64,000 bases of DNA from the NCBI RefSeq assembly GCF_044647545.1, contig NZ_CP172818.1; one strand, 5' to 3'. Below the pieces are notes generated by a model. The model was not told the origin of the DNA, did no database searches, and worked only from the letters and a program-made list of their open reading frames with translations. Positions within the stretch are counted from its first letter, which is position 1; each line of letters starts with the position of its first letter. This stretch comes from Escherichia coli. Lineage in GTDB: Bacteria > Pseudomonadota > Gammaproteobacteria > Enterobacterales > Enterobacteriaceae. Of the stretch, positions 35,113-44,758 are shown in pieces. The translations under genes and the position numbers were made by a program.

Positions 35113-35286
35113 ATGAAGCGGAGTAGAACGGAAGTGGGGCGCTGGCGCATGCAGCGTCAGGCTAGCCGACGTAAATCGCGTTGGCTTGAGGGGCAGTCGC
35201 GCCGAAATATGCGTATCCACAGCATCAGGAAGTGCATTCTAAACAAACAGCGTAACTCGTTATTGTTTGCGATCTACAATATCTAA
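35113..35286 (+). CDS. yciY: Small highly basic protein YciY (57 aa)
   Basis: Internal ATG of ORF 35002-35286 gives MKRSRTEVGRWRMQRQASRRKSRWLEGQSRRNMRIHSIRKCILNKQRNSLLFAIYNI (57 aa); lies between convergent cls and kch. Confidence 0.6.
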   Translation: MKRSRTEVGRWRMQRQASRRKSRWLEGQSRRNMRIHSIRKCILNKQRNSLLFAIYNI

Positions 35287-35340
35287 ATGTTCTGGGCACC
35301 ATTGCGGTGCCCAATAAGTTTACTCTTCCGTCTTTAAACT

Positions 35341-36594
35341 CTATTTTTGCGCCGATTCTTTACTGTCAGCTTTCGTTTCTTGTTCATCGTTATCGCTGAA
35401 AATGCCATGACCGGAGTTCAACAACATTGAAACGAGCATATCATTATTAATCTCTTCACCATTTAAAACTCGCGCCAGAATTTCGCTGCCAAACAGTTGT
35501 GGTGAGAGAATGATATCCGGATGTACCATCTTAATCTTATTCAGGTTTTTGCTATCACTGACGGCAAGAACTGTTTTGACATCACTGCTCATATCTTTTG
35601 CCGAGAGTACAACAAACGCGTTATCTGCATCGTTATCACTCAGCGCCAGAATGGCCCGGCAACGATCGATTCCCGCTTTCTTTAACACTGAACTGTCATT
35701 ACTGTCACCGGGGATAACATCAGCGTTATCGCCTAAGCGTTGCTCAAGTTGCTTGATATCATCTTCAGGCAAGTTGCTGATAACCGTAACGTTTTGTCCG
35801 CGTTGATTCAGTTGCAGGATCGTATTGATGGCGAGAATCGAATGTCCGCAAACAATAAAATGATCTTTACGATGCATTGTATGATTGTTTCCTTTTACAA
35901 GTTTGTTGAATCCCCCGCGGATAAGCGGACCAAAAATTGAGGTCATAGAGGTGGCAAAAACGGTAATGCCGGAAATAATGACCGAAATAGTGAACAATCG
36001 TGCTGATTCAGAAACAGGGACAATATCGCCATAGCCGACGGTTGACATGGTTTCTATCGAAAAATAGAACGCGGTCATCAAACTTTCTATTCGCGGATTA
36101 AAACCTTCGCTTAAATAAAGCGCACCGTAGGTGGAGTAAAACAGTAACGTCGTGAAACTAATAAATGCGAAAATTGTCCCGGCTGCGGCGCTACTGTGGG
36201 AGAAGTCTTTGCGCAGTATCAGCAAAAACACCAGCGTAAAAATGCAAAATCCAATACTAAATTTCAGCCAGGGATAAAAATGCAGGGTGTAAATTAGCGC
36301 TATCAACAACAAAATGATACTGATTGCCCATGCGAGTTTTGCCCGGAACAGTAAGCCAATGGAGTTCAGGACAAGAAAGACGCCGAGCATAAAGAGTGGG
36401 GCGTTTGCCAGCAAGGAGAGATCCAACTCTGAAAAGGCTTTGATATGGAAAATATCAAGCAAATTGACCGACATACCATAGATTGTTTTAAAAATAAGCA
36501 ATCCATTTAAAAAAACGGCCAGCGCGAGAATGTCGTGCCGTAGGGTCACCCATAAATTAGTTGCTGTTTGTTTGAATGTAGCCCAGTGACTCAC
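35341..36594 (-). CDS. kch: Voltage-gated potassium channel homolog Kch (417 aa, GTG start)
   Basis: ORF 35341-36612; product MSHWATFKQTATNLWVTLRHDILALAVFL... with the K+ selectivity filter TVGYGD and a C-terminal RCK/TrkA domain. Confidence 0.9.
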   Translation of the reverse strand: MSHWATFKQTATNLWVTLRHDILALAVFLNGLLIFKTIYGMSVNLLDIFHIKAFSELDLSLLANAPLFMLGVFLVLNSIGLLFRAKLAWAISIILLLIALIYTLHFYPWLKFSIGFCIFTLVFLLILRKDFSHSSAAAGTIFAFISFTTLLFYSTYGALYLSEGFNPRIESLMTAFYFSIETMSTVGYGDIVPVSESARLFTISVIISGITVFATSMTSIFGPLIRGGFNKLVKGNNHTMHRKDHFIVCGHSILAINTILQLNQRGQNVTVISNLPEDDIKQLEQRLGDNADVIPGDSNDSSVLKKAGIDRCRAILALSDNDADNAFVVLSAKDMSSDVKTVLAVSDSKNLNKIKMVHPDIILSPQLFGSEILARVLNGEEINNDMLVSMLLNSGHGIFSDNDEQETKADSKESAQK

Positions 36595-36894
36595 TGATAC
36601 CTCTGTAACCACAATTTTGTTTAATTATCTCAACGTGCACATTTTCTGAACATACATGCAGCACGTGAATGTGTTAAACAATAGTAGATGACTTTATCTG
36701 AAGTAATCAAAGGTTTTGAGTGAGCAACTCTGCGTCAGGAAAGGGCATTTTTCCTGAATATGCTCACATCATATAAAGAAATACAGATAAAGTTATTATC
36801 TGCTTGTGGGGGTGAATGCACTGACCGACCTATAAGGAAAGGCCAAACAAGAACACGGTTGCAAAAACCGTGCCCTTAAATATTGAATCTCTAT

Positions 36895-37191
36895 TCAGAA
36901 CACTTTCTTAAATGGTTTCACTGAAACGTGTTCATAGACTCCTGCCGCTACGTACGGGTCAGCATCGGCCCAGGCCTGAGCTGCTTCCAGCGATTCAAAT
37001 TCAGCAATAACGGTTGAGCCAGTAAATCCCGCAGCCCCTGGATCGTTACTGTCTACTGCTGGCATTGGACCGGCGGTCAACAAACGACCTTCATCATGCA
37101 GTAACTGTAAACGTGCTAAATGTGCCGGACGAACGGAAAGGCGTTTTTCGAGGCTATCAGCTTTGTCTTGAGCGTAAATAACATACAACAC
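36895..37191 (-). CDS. yciI: YciI-like protein (98 aa, probable GTG start)
   Basis: ORF 36895-37254; Dabb/YciI-like fold sequence; start placed to give the known 98-aa length. Confidence 0.75.
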
Positions 37192-37346
37192 GGGCACAAC
37201 TCCTTGTTCGGGAAAGTTGTAAAGTACGTTATTTGAAAGGGCGAAGATCTGCAACGGAAAGATGATGTCTTTGTTAAGACCATTTAAAAAGTAAGGTCAA
37301 TTGCGCCAAAAATGACATTTTCACTGATCCTGATCGTCTTGCCTTA

Positions 37347-37370
37347 TTGAATATGATTGCTATTTGCATT
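37347..37370 (+). promoter_or_regulatory. Fur box in the tonB promoter
   Basis: ttgaatatgattgctatttgcatt resembles the Fur consensus (GATAATGATAATCATTATC-type hexamer repeats), about 45 bp upstream of the tonB ATG. Confidence 0.6.
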
Positions 37371-37414
37371 TAAAATCGAGGCCTGGTTTTTCTACTGAAA
37401 TGATTATGACTTCA

Positions 37415-38131
37415 ATGACCCTTGATTTACCTCGCCGCTTCCCCTGGCCGACGTTACTTTCGGTCTGCATTCATGGTGCTGTTGTGGCGGGTCTGCTCTA
37501 TACCTCGGTACATCAGGTTATTGAACTACCTGCGCCCGCGCAGCCGATTTCTGTCACGATGGTTGCGCCAGCGGATCTCGAACCGCCACAAGCCGTTCAA
37601 CCACCACCGGAGCCGGTGGTAGAGCCAGAACCGGAACCTGAGCCGATCCCTGAACCGCCAAAAGAAGCTCCGGTGGTCATTGAAAAGCCGAAGCCGAAAC
37701 CTAAGCCAAAACCGAAGCCGGTGAAAAAGGTGGAGCAGCCAAAACGCGATGTCAAACCCGTAGAGTCGCGTCCGGCATCACCGTTTGAAAATACGGCACC
37801 CGCGCGCCCGACATCAAGTACGGCAACGGCTGCAACCAGCAAGCCGGTTACCAGTGTGGCTTCAGGACCACGCGCATTAAGCCGTAATCAGCCGCAGTAT
37901 CCGGCACGAGCACAGGCATTGCGCATTGAAGGGCAGGTTAAAGTTAAATTTGATGTCACGCCAGATGGTCGCGTGGATAACGTACAAATCCTCTCAGCCA
38001 AGCCTGCAAACATGTTTGAGCGTGAGGTGAAAAATGCGATGCGCAGATGGCGTTATGAGCCGGGTAAGCCAGGCAGTGGGATTGTGGTGAATATCCTGTT
38101 TAAAATTAACGGCACCACCGAAATTCAGTAA
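37415..38131 (+). CDS. tonB: Energy transducer TonB
   Basis: ORF 37364-38131; recognised start [29 protein letters not shown] at 37415; proline-rich (EP)n/(KP)n spacer; C-terminal ...[13 protein letters not shown]. Confidence 0.95.
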   Translation: MTLDLPRRFPWPTLLSVCIHGAVVAGLLYTSVHQVIELPAPAQPISVTMVAPADLEPPQAVQPPPEPVVEPEPEPEPIPEPPKEAPVVIEKPKPKPKPKPKPVKKVEQPKRDVKPVESRPASPFENTAPARPTSSTATAATSKPVTSVASGPRALSRNQPQYPARAQALRIEGQVKVKFDVTPDGRVDNVQILSAKPANMFEREVKNAMRRWRYEPGKPGSGIVVNILFKINGTTEIQ

Positions 38132-38141
38132 ACAGAAAGTC

Positions 38142-38165
38142 AAAAGCCTCCGACCGGAGGCTTTT
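38142..38165. terminator. Bidirectional terminator between tonB and yciA
   Basis: aaaagcctccg-acc-ggaggctttt: perfect hairpin flanked by A4 and T4. Confidence 0.75.
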
Positions 38166-38170
38166 GATTA

Positions 38171-38569
38171 TTACTCAACAGGTAAGGCGCGAGGTTTTCC
38201 TTCGGGATCAACCGCGACATACTTAAATAATGCTTCTGTTGCTTTATAGCGTTGCCCGATGGGTTCAGACGCCACTTTTTTCACCCACACTTCAATATTA
38301 ATGCTGACTGATGTCGTCCCTTTCTGGACACAGCGTGCATAGCAGCACACCACATCGCCGACCGCAACCGGCCGTAAGAAAGTCATTCCTTCAACCCGCA
38401 CGGTCACTACACGACCGTGGGCAATTTCTTTCGCCAGAATAGCGCCGCCAATATCCATTTGTGACATTAACCAACCACCAAAGATGTCACCATTGGCATT
38501 GGTATCGGCGGGCATGGCTAAAGTACGTAAAACAAGATCGCCCTGAGGGACGTTATGTGTTGTAGACAT
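38171..38569 (-). CDS. yciA: Acyl-CoA thioesterase YciA (132 aa)
   Basis: 132-aa ORF MSTTHNVPQGDLVLRTLAMPADTNANGDIFGGWLMSQMD... (hotdog fold). Confidence 0.9.
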   Translation of the reverse strand: MSTTHNVPQGDLVLRTLAMPADTNANGDIFGGWLMSQMDIGGAILAKEIAHGRVVTVRVEGMTFLRPVAVGDVVCCYARCVQKGTTSVSINIEVWVKKVASEPIGQRYKATEALFKYVAVDPEGKPRALPVE

Positions 38570-38673
38570 GGTAAAACCGACTTAAAAGGAAAATCACAGG
38601 CGCGATGCTACTATGATTTTCCTGAGGAGAACAGAGGAGATACAGCGCCAGCCCCGAAGGACTGGCAGTCTGG

Positions 38674-39213
38674 TTAGGATTTATCTTCCTGCGGCATGTG
38701 GCGGTAGATATAGATACCGCTTAACAATGTGAAGATTAAGGTAAGGGCGGTCAGGCCAAAGACTTTAAAGTTGACCCAAATATTTTGCGGCAGCCAGAAT
38801 GCGATGTAGATGTTTGCCAGACCGCAAAGGATAAAGAAAACAGCCCAGGCCAGATTCAGCTTCGACCATACCGGTTGCGGCAGGGTGAGTTCTTTACCCA
38901 GCATCCGCTGAATTAGCGGCTTTTTCATCACCCATTGGCTGACTAACAGGGCACCTGCAAACAGGGCATAAATGACAGTAACCTTCCATTTAATAAACTC
39001 ATCATTGTGGAAGAACAGGGTCAAGCCACCGAAGACGACCACCAGAACAAAAGTGATCAGGGCCATCTTCTCAACCTTACGAAAGCGAACCCAGCTATAT
39101 ATAAGCACAATCGCCGTGGCGACGATCAGCGCCGCAGTAGCCGCATAGATGTCATAAATCTTGTAAAACGCGAAAAAGACAACCAGCGGTAAAAAATCAA
39201 GAAACTGCTTCAT
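38674..39213 (-). CDS. yciB: Inner-membrane (intracellular septation) protein YciB (179 aa)
   Basis: 179-aa hydrophobic [42 protein letters not shown]... Confidence 0.9.
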   Translation of the reverse strand: MKQFLDFLPLVVFFAFYKIYDIYAATAALIVATAIVLIYSWVRFRKVEKMALITFVLVVVFGGLTLFFHNDEFIKWKVTVIYALFAGALLVSQWVMKKPLIQRMLGKELTLPQPVWSKLNLAWAVFFILCGLANIYIAFWLPQNIWVNFKVFGLTALTLIFTLLSGIYIYRHMPQEDKS

Positions 39214-39242
39214 TTTACGATTCCGTAATCAAATGCTTAAGG

Positions 39243-39986
39243 TTATTGGCGAATCAACATATACAGGCGGAACAGATAGATGAGCAGTACGGCTGAAATC
39301 AGGTTGCTCAAGGTGTTCGCCAGTACGGCACCAATTTCCGGGGTTAATGCGGCAAAAGAAGAGGCAAAAAGCAGCAACAGTGTTTTTGCCAGCAACCAGC
39401 TCAGTACTGCGGGTGCCACCAGACGCATATTCGCCCAAGTCAGCCGCATACTGCTACGCATCGAGGCAAAAACGCCCATTTTGTCCTGTACCAACATCAC
39501 CGGTGCCAGGGCCAGTAAAATGGCCATGATAATTCCCGGAACGACCACCAGCATGATGCCAATCTGTACTAAAAGGGTAGTCAGAAAAATCAGAATAAAT
39601 AACTTTGGCAATATCGGCGCACTGGCACCAATAGCTCGCAGCGCACTGACTCTCTGACCCGCAGACACCAGCTGGATAATTAATATTACGCCTCCGGCGA
39701 GAATGGCGTTACCGATTAATCCTGAAAAAGTGGACGCCGCTGAAGCCTGCAGCAAAATTTGTTGCTGTTCCGGTGACATATTCTGAACCAGGTCGAACAA
39801 GCCACTACTGCCGCTAACGGGCACGCCGTCATTGAGCTGCGCAAGCTGTGCATCACTGGGTGAGAAAACATGCCCTAACACCACTGTGATAAACGCACAT
39901 AGCAACGATACCAACAGAATGGTCATAAATTGATTGCGGAAGAAATTTCCGGTGTCACGGTATACGGACTGCGCCGTGATAGACAT
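39243..39986 (-). CDS. yciC: Inner-membrane protein YciC (247 aa)
   Basis: 247-aa [41 protein letters not shown]... Confidence 0.9.
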   Translation of the reverse strand: MSITAQSVYRDTGNFFRNQFMTILLVSLLCAFITVVLGHVFSPSDAQLAQLNDGVPVSGSSGLFDLVQNMSPEQQQILLQASAASTFSGLIGNAILAGGVILIIQLVSAGQRVSALRAIGASAPILPKLFILIFLTTLLVQIGIMLVVVPGIIMAILLALAPVMLVQDKMGVFASMRSSMRLTWANMRLVAPAVLSWLLAKTLLLLFASSFAALTPEIGAVLANTLSNLISAVLLIYLFRLYMLIRQ

Positions 39987-40342
39987 GCACTCTCCTTGAG
40001 TTTTATGCAGGTGTTAATTAGCGGGCAATTGTACCCTGGTTAAGCCTCGGGTGGCAGCATCAGGTCTTGTATGGAAAAGCATATCTTTGTAAAGCGGAGG
40101 TAATTGCTGGCCTTCAGACGTGGGCAAATCGCGGCAAGTGGCGATCGAGTTAATATTTGCGTAGCGAAAATATTTAAAAATTGATTTGAATCACATTAAC
40201 CAGGATTCTTAATGCAACTTCTAAATTAATCCAGATCAATAAATGGTGAATTATCATATGTAATGTGATCTATGTAGGATCATTTGTTACTCCAATGTAG
40301 GTATATTCGTCACGTTTTTATAACCATAACGACGGAGCGGAT

Positions 40343-40981
40343 ATGAAAAAGTTAACAGTGGCGGCTTTGGCAGTAACAACTCTTCTCTCTGGCAGTGCCT
40401 TTGCGCATGAAGCAGGCGAATTTTTTATGCGTGCAGGTTCTGCAACCGTACGTCCAACAGAAGGTGCTGGTGGTACGTTAGGAAGTCTGGGTGGATTCAG
40501 CGTGACCAATAACACGCAACTGGGCCTGACGTTTACTTATATGGCGACCGATAACATTGGTGTGGAATTGCTGGCAGCGACGCCGTTCCGCCATAAAATC
40601 GGCACCCGGGCGACCGGCGATATTGCAACCGTTCATCATCTGCCGCCAACACTGATGGCGCAGTGGTATTTTGGTGATGCCAGCAGCAAATTCCGTCCTT
40701 ACGTTGGGGCAGGTATTAACTACACCACCTTCTTTGATAATGGATTTAACGATCATGGCAAAGAGGCGGGGCTTTCCGATCTCAGTCTGAAAGATTCCTG
40801 GGGAGCTGCCGGGCAGGTGGGGGTTGATTATCTGATTAACCGTGACTGGTTGGTTAACATGTCAGTGTGGTACATGGATATCGATACCACCGCCAATTAT
40901 AAACTGGGCGGTGCACAGCAACACGATAGCGTACGCCTCGATCCGTGGGTGTTTATGTTCTCAGCAGGATATCGTTTTTAA
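40343..40981 (+). CDS. ompW: Outer-membrane protein OmpW (212 aa)
   Basis: 212-aa ORF MKKLTVAALAVTTLLSGSAFAHEAGEFFMRAGSATVRPTEG... with signal peptide and C-terminal aromatic residue. Confidence 0.95.
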   Translation: MKKLTVAALAVTTLLSGSAFAHEAGEFFMRAGSATVRPTEGAGGTLGSLGGFSVTNNTQLGLTFTYMATDNIGVELLAATPFRHKIGTRATGDIATVHHLPPTLMAQWYFGDASSKFRPYVGAGINYTTFFDNGFNDHGKEAGLSDLSLKDSWGAAGQVGVDYLINRDWLVNMSVWYMDIDTTANYKLGGAQQHDSVRLDPWVFMFSAGYRF

Positions 40982-40995
40982 TTCCGCACAAAAAC

Positions 40996-41016
40996 GACCC
41001 CGTAATATACGGGGTC
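40996..41016 (-). terminator. Hairpin terminator downstream of yciE (end of the yciGFE operon), shared with ompW
   Basis: gaccccgtatattacggggtc (minus sense) followed by gtttttgtg; lies between the convergent ompW and yciE stops. Confidence 0.6.
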
Positions 41017-41040
41017 AATAAGGACATGGTATAAAGGGTA

Positions 41041-41547
41041 TTATTTCTTCGCTTCTACGCCATCAGTTTCAGAGCGAATTAAAAATTTCTCAGTTGTTTG
41101 CGGAATATGCTGAATCAGCCAGTCGGCCATTTGCTTTTCCTCATTTAAAATCGCTTCGATGGTTGGAATTGAAGCTGTATCACCGGCATTTTTTGCTGCT
41201 GCTAAGAGTGAGGTGTAACAGGCGATTTCAAATTGCTCGAAGACATATCCGCTAATAGAGCCTTTGACTATTTCATCAGAAGGGAATATACCACCGATTG
41301 ACTGCCCAAGCGCAGCCATTTTACTCATGGAATCTTTAATGACTGAACGTGAAATGTCATTACGATCAAGAATAGTTTCCAGTTGAACAATCGGTTTTTG
41401 GTTTCAATAAGATGTTGTTCAATACGAGCGCGTAGTTCAGGATAATTATCTATACGGCTGGCCATGGATTAAAGCATAGATTCGGCTTGCTTTTCCATTG
41501 CGTGGGCGTCACGTAACCAGTCATGATAATGTTCAATACGATTCATG
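41041..41547 (-). pseudogene. yciE: yciE (ferritin-like DUF892 stress protein) disrupted by a premature TAA and a 1-bp frameshift
   Basis: From the ATG at 41545-41547 the minus strand reads MNRIEHYHDWLRDAHAMEKQAESML then TAA (plus 41469-41471); the same frame continues SMASRIDNYPELRARIEQHLIETKN and then shifts by -1 near plus 41391-41394 into the 95-aa C-terminal ORF 41041-41328 (MSKMAALGQS...VEAKK). Repairing both changes gives exactly 168 aa, the expected YciE length. Confidence 0.8.
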
Positions 41548-41591
41548 AAAATGTCCTCTTTATAAAATGACTAAAAGTTAAAGTTCATATT

Positions 41592-42092
41592 TCAGGCTTT
41601 ATTTTCGGCTTTCTTATTTACGTTATTAAGGGCCAGATCAGTTAGTTTGATGTCGGTGGCCTTTTCTTCTTCAAGAGTTTCTTTCAGAAGCTTAGCTGCT
41701 TTACGGTAACCTAATTGTTCAGCCAGCGTCGCTAATGTCCCGTAACTGGCAATCTCATAATGCTCGACTTTCTGTGCTGCGGCAATCAGTGCGGCATCAC
41801 GCACTTCGTTTTTCTCGGTACTTTCGATGACCTCATTAGCTTCTTCAATAAGACCTTCCATTGCCACACATTTCATGCGCTTAATTTTCAGATTCGATTC
41901 TGATTCCACAACTTGATCAATACGTTCAATCTGTCCATGTGTTTCCTCGAGGTGCGCATGAAAAGCCTGACTTAATTTTTCGTTTGATGTTGCTCTAGCG
42001 AGTTTTGCCAGTGCACGTGTTAATTGTTTTTCTGCACTGTAGGTGTCTGAAAGCAGGTGAATAAATACATCTTCAATGGTCTTCATATTCAT
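41592..42092 (-). CDS. yciF: Ferritin-like stress protein YciF (166 aa)
   Basis: ORF 41592-42140; product MNMKTIEDVFIHLLSDTYSAEKQLTRALAKLARATSNEK... from the ATG at 42092; paralog of YciE. Confidence 0.9.
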   Translation of the reverse strand: MNMKTIEDVFIHLLSDTYSAEKQLTRALAKLARATSNEKLSQAFHAHLEETHGQIERIDQVVESESNLKIKRMKCVAMEGLIEEANEVIESTEKNEVRDAALIAAAQKVEHYEIASYGTLATLAEQLGYRKAAKLLKETLEEEKATDIKLTDLALNNVNKKAENKA

Positions 42093-42178
42093 ATTTTTCT
42101 CCAGTGAAATCACTGCGAGCCATACGGCCCGCAGATGCAATTATCTTTATCAGCTGATATTAATAATGAACGGTGAAT

Positions 42179-42358
42179 CAGGATTTTCCTGATTTATTAC
42201 CACCGCTTTGTTGACCGCCTTTTTTACCCGCTTCAGATGCGCGTTGCGGATCATTTTTAAAATTACCGCCGCTATGCTGACCGCCTTTACGGCCTGCGTC
42301 GGATGCCTTCTCACGGTCTTCGGCGAAATTTCCTGAACCACCACGATGTTCGGCCATG
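42179..42358 (-). CDS. yciG: KGG-repeat stress protein YciG (59 aa)
   Basis: Manual translation from the ATG at plus 42356-42358: MAEHRGGSGNFAEDREKASDAGRKGGQHSGGNFKNDPQRASEAGKKGGQQSGGNKSGKS. The supplied ORF 42150-42344 is in a different frame. Confidence 0.85.
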
Positions 42359-42714
42359 TTATTTCTCCCGTTGCGTTGCGTTGCGTTGCATTGTTTGATT
42401 AATATGAGTGTTGTGTGTCGACACTCATTAAAATTAGTCGCAAATGAGTATTAGTCAAATTAAGCGTAACGAGAAAAAAGAGGGAAAATATATTTTGAGG
42501 AACATTCTGGATATATTAACAATAGCCTGAGGAATAAGTGACTTAGAGAAAATTATTGATTTTACTGGTGTTATGTTGCGGGATTAATTTGTTTGATTAT
42601 ATTACTGTTGGGCGGAAAAATGACGTAAGTTGACGTTCGACAGGGGTAAACGAAACGGTAGAAAGATAAATATTAAATGAATTTAGGATTTTTCCGGCTT
42701 CGTTAAAGAAAGTT

Positions 42715-42741
42715 AAAATGCCGCCAGCGGAACTGGCGGCT
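42715..42741 (-). terminator. trp operon terminator (trp t)
   Basis: Minus sense AGCCGCCAGTTCCGCTGGCGGCATTTT directly after the trpA stop; matches the classical trp t hairpin. Confidence 0.85.
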
Positions 42742-42747
42742 GTGGGA

Positions 42748-43554
42748 TTAACTGCGCGTCGCCGCTTTCATCGGTTGTACAAAAGCTTTCAGTGCCGCCA
42801 GCATTTTCTCTGGCTCATTAATATGTTGCTCGATGATTTTAACGATGGCCGAACCAGAAATCGCGCCCGCAGCTCCTGCATCAATCGCTGCTTTTACCTG
42901 ATCCGGGGCGGAAATACCAAATCCCTGCAATGGAGGCGCAGCATTGTATTCTTTCAGCTTCGTGACCAGATGATTGAGGGGTAACGCGGCGCGGTTTTCT
43001 GCGCCGGTCACGCCCGCACGTGACAATAAATAGGTGTATCCACGACCGTAGGAGGCTATCTGGCGCAGCAAATCATCGTCGGCATTCGGCGGGCAAATAA
43101 AGATAGGTGCGACATTATGACGCAACGCGGCCTGGCGGAAGGGCGCGGACTCTTCCACGGGCACATCGGCAACCAGCACCGAATCGACGCCGACTTTCTC
43201 GCACTCGGCATAAAACTCATCAATGCCTTTGTTAAACACCAGGTTGGCATACATCAAAAGGCCGATGGGAATGGTCGGGTGCTTCTGGCGAATGAGTGCC
43301 AGCATCTCAAAGCACTGCGCCGGGGTTACTCCCGCCGCAAAAGCACGCAGTGTGGCGTTTTGAATCGTCGGGCCATCCGCCAGTGGGTCGGAGAAGGGGA
43401 TGCCTAACTCCAGCGCGTCAGCACCGGCTTCAATTAGCGTATCGATAATTCTCAACGACTGCTCAATGCCCGGATCACCGAGGGTGACGAAAGGAACGAA
43501 TGCGCCTTCTTTGCGCTCCTTCAACTGGGCAAACAGAGATTCGTAGCGTTCCAT
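42748..43554 (-). CDS. trpA: Tryptophan synthase alpha subunit TrpA (268 aa)
   Basis: 268-aa [65 protein letters not shown]... Confidence 0.97.
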   Translation of the reverse strand: MERYESLFAQLKERKEGAFVPFVTLGDPGIEQSLRIIDTLIEAGADALELGIPFSDPLADGPTIQNATLRAFAAGVTPAQCFEMLALIRQKHPTIPIGLLMYANLVFNKGIDEFYAECEKVGVDSVLVADVPVEESAPFRQAALRHNVAPIFICPPNADDDLLRQIASYGRGYTYLLSRAGVTGAENRAALPLNHLVTKLKEYNAAPPLQGFGISAPDQVKAAIDAGAAGAISGSAIVKIIEQHINEPEKMLAALKAFVQPMKAATRS

Positions 43555-44747
43555 CAGATTTCCCCTCGTGCTTTCAAAATATCGTGAACGGTGAAGATGT
43601 CTTTATCGCCGCGACCGGAAAGGTTAACCACCAGTAGCTGCTCTTTTTCCGGATTTTCGCGCATCATTTTCAGCGCATGGGCCAGGGCGTGGGAGGATTC
43701 CAGCGCCGGGATGATCCCTTCATGCAGGCAAAGCGTTTTGAAGGCTTCCAGTGCTTCATCATCGGTAATTGACACGTAATCAGCGCGTCCAGTGCTGTTA
43801 AGATACGCGTGTTGCGGGCCGACAGACGGGAAATCCAGTCCGGCAGAAATGGAGTAAGATTCTTCAATCTGCCCGTCTTCGGTTTGCATCATCGGCGCTT
43901 TCATACCGAAATAGATGCCCACGCGACCATGTTTTAACGGTGCGCCGTGCTCGCCGGTTTCGATACCGTGACCGCCAGGCTCCACACCAATCAGGCCGAC
44001 GTTGGTTTCGTTGATGAAATCTGCAAACATGCCGATGGCATTCGAACCGCCGCCAACACAGGCGATAACCGCATCCGGCAGGCGACCTTCTCTTTCCAGA
44101 ATCTGTGCTTTGGTTTCTTCGCCAATCACTCGCTGAAACTCACGGACAATGGTCGGATAAGGATGTGGGCCAGCTGCGGTGCCCAGCATATAGTGCGCGG
44201 TTTCATAACTGCCGGACCAGTCGCGCAGCGCCTCGTTACAGGCATCTTTCAGCGTCGCGGAACCGCTATGTACCGGGATCACTTCCGCACCCATTAAGCG
44301 CATACGAAAAACGTTTGGCGACTGGCGTTCAACGTCTTTGGCACCCATATAAATACGGCATTTCAGGCCGAGCAGGGCGCTGGCAAGGGCCGACGCCACG
44401 CCATGCTGACCGGCTCCGGTTTCGGCGATGATTTCCGTTTTACCCATCCGCTTCGCCAGCAACGCCTGTCCCAGCACCTGGTTAGTTTTATGCGCGCCGC
44501 CGTGCAGCAAATCTTCGCGCTTCAGATACAGCGTGGTGTTCGTCCCGGCTGTAATGTTCTGGCATTTGGTCAGCGCGGTTGGACGCCCGGCATAGTTTTT
44601 CAGCAGGTCGTTGAACTGAGCCTGAAATTCAGGATCTTTTTGCGCACTGACAAAAGCTTCTTCCAGCTGGCGCAGAGCAGGCATCAGGATTTGTGGCACG
44701 TACATGCCGCCAAACTCACCAAAATAGGGGTTAAGTAATGTTGTCAT
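43554..44747 (-). CDS. trpB: Tryptophan synthase beta subunit TrpB (397 aa)
   Basis: 397-aa [35 protein letters not shown]...; 1-nt stop/start overlap with trpA. Confidence 0.97.
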   Translation of the reverse strand: MTTLLNPYFGEFGGMYVPQILMPALRQLEEAFVSAQKDPEFQAQFNDLLKNYAGRPTALTKCQNITAGTNTTLYLKREDLLHGGAHKTNQVLGQALLAKRMGKTEIIAETGAGQHGVASALASALLGLKCRIYMGAKDVERQSPNVFRMRLMGAEVIPVHSGSATLKDACNEALRDWSGSYETAHYMLGTAAGPHPYPTIVREFQRVIGEETKAQILEREGRLPDAVIACVGGGSNAIGMFADFINETNVGLIGVEPGGHGIETGEHGAPLKHGRVGIYFGMKAPMMQTEDGQIEESYSISAGLDFPSVGPQHAYLNSTGRADYVSITDDEALEAFKTLCLHEGIIPALESSHALAHALKMMRENPEKEQLLVVNLSGRGDKDIFTVHDILKARGEI

Positions 44748-44758
44748 TGTTCCTTTCC

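Noticed and set aside
37415-38131. Possible in-frame 3-bp difference in tonB
   Set aside because: The ORF encodes 238 aa from the recognisable MTLDLPRR start, while I recall TonB as 239 aa. The frame is intact and the repeat-rich linker is where length variation is plausible; without an alignment I cannot tell a real indel from a faulty recollection.
42150-42344. 64-aa minus-strand ORF from the supplied track, in the yciG region
   Set aside because: Wrong frame: the KGG-repeat protein YciG is encoded in another frame, from the ATG at 42358 to the stop at 42179.
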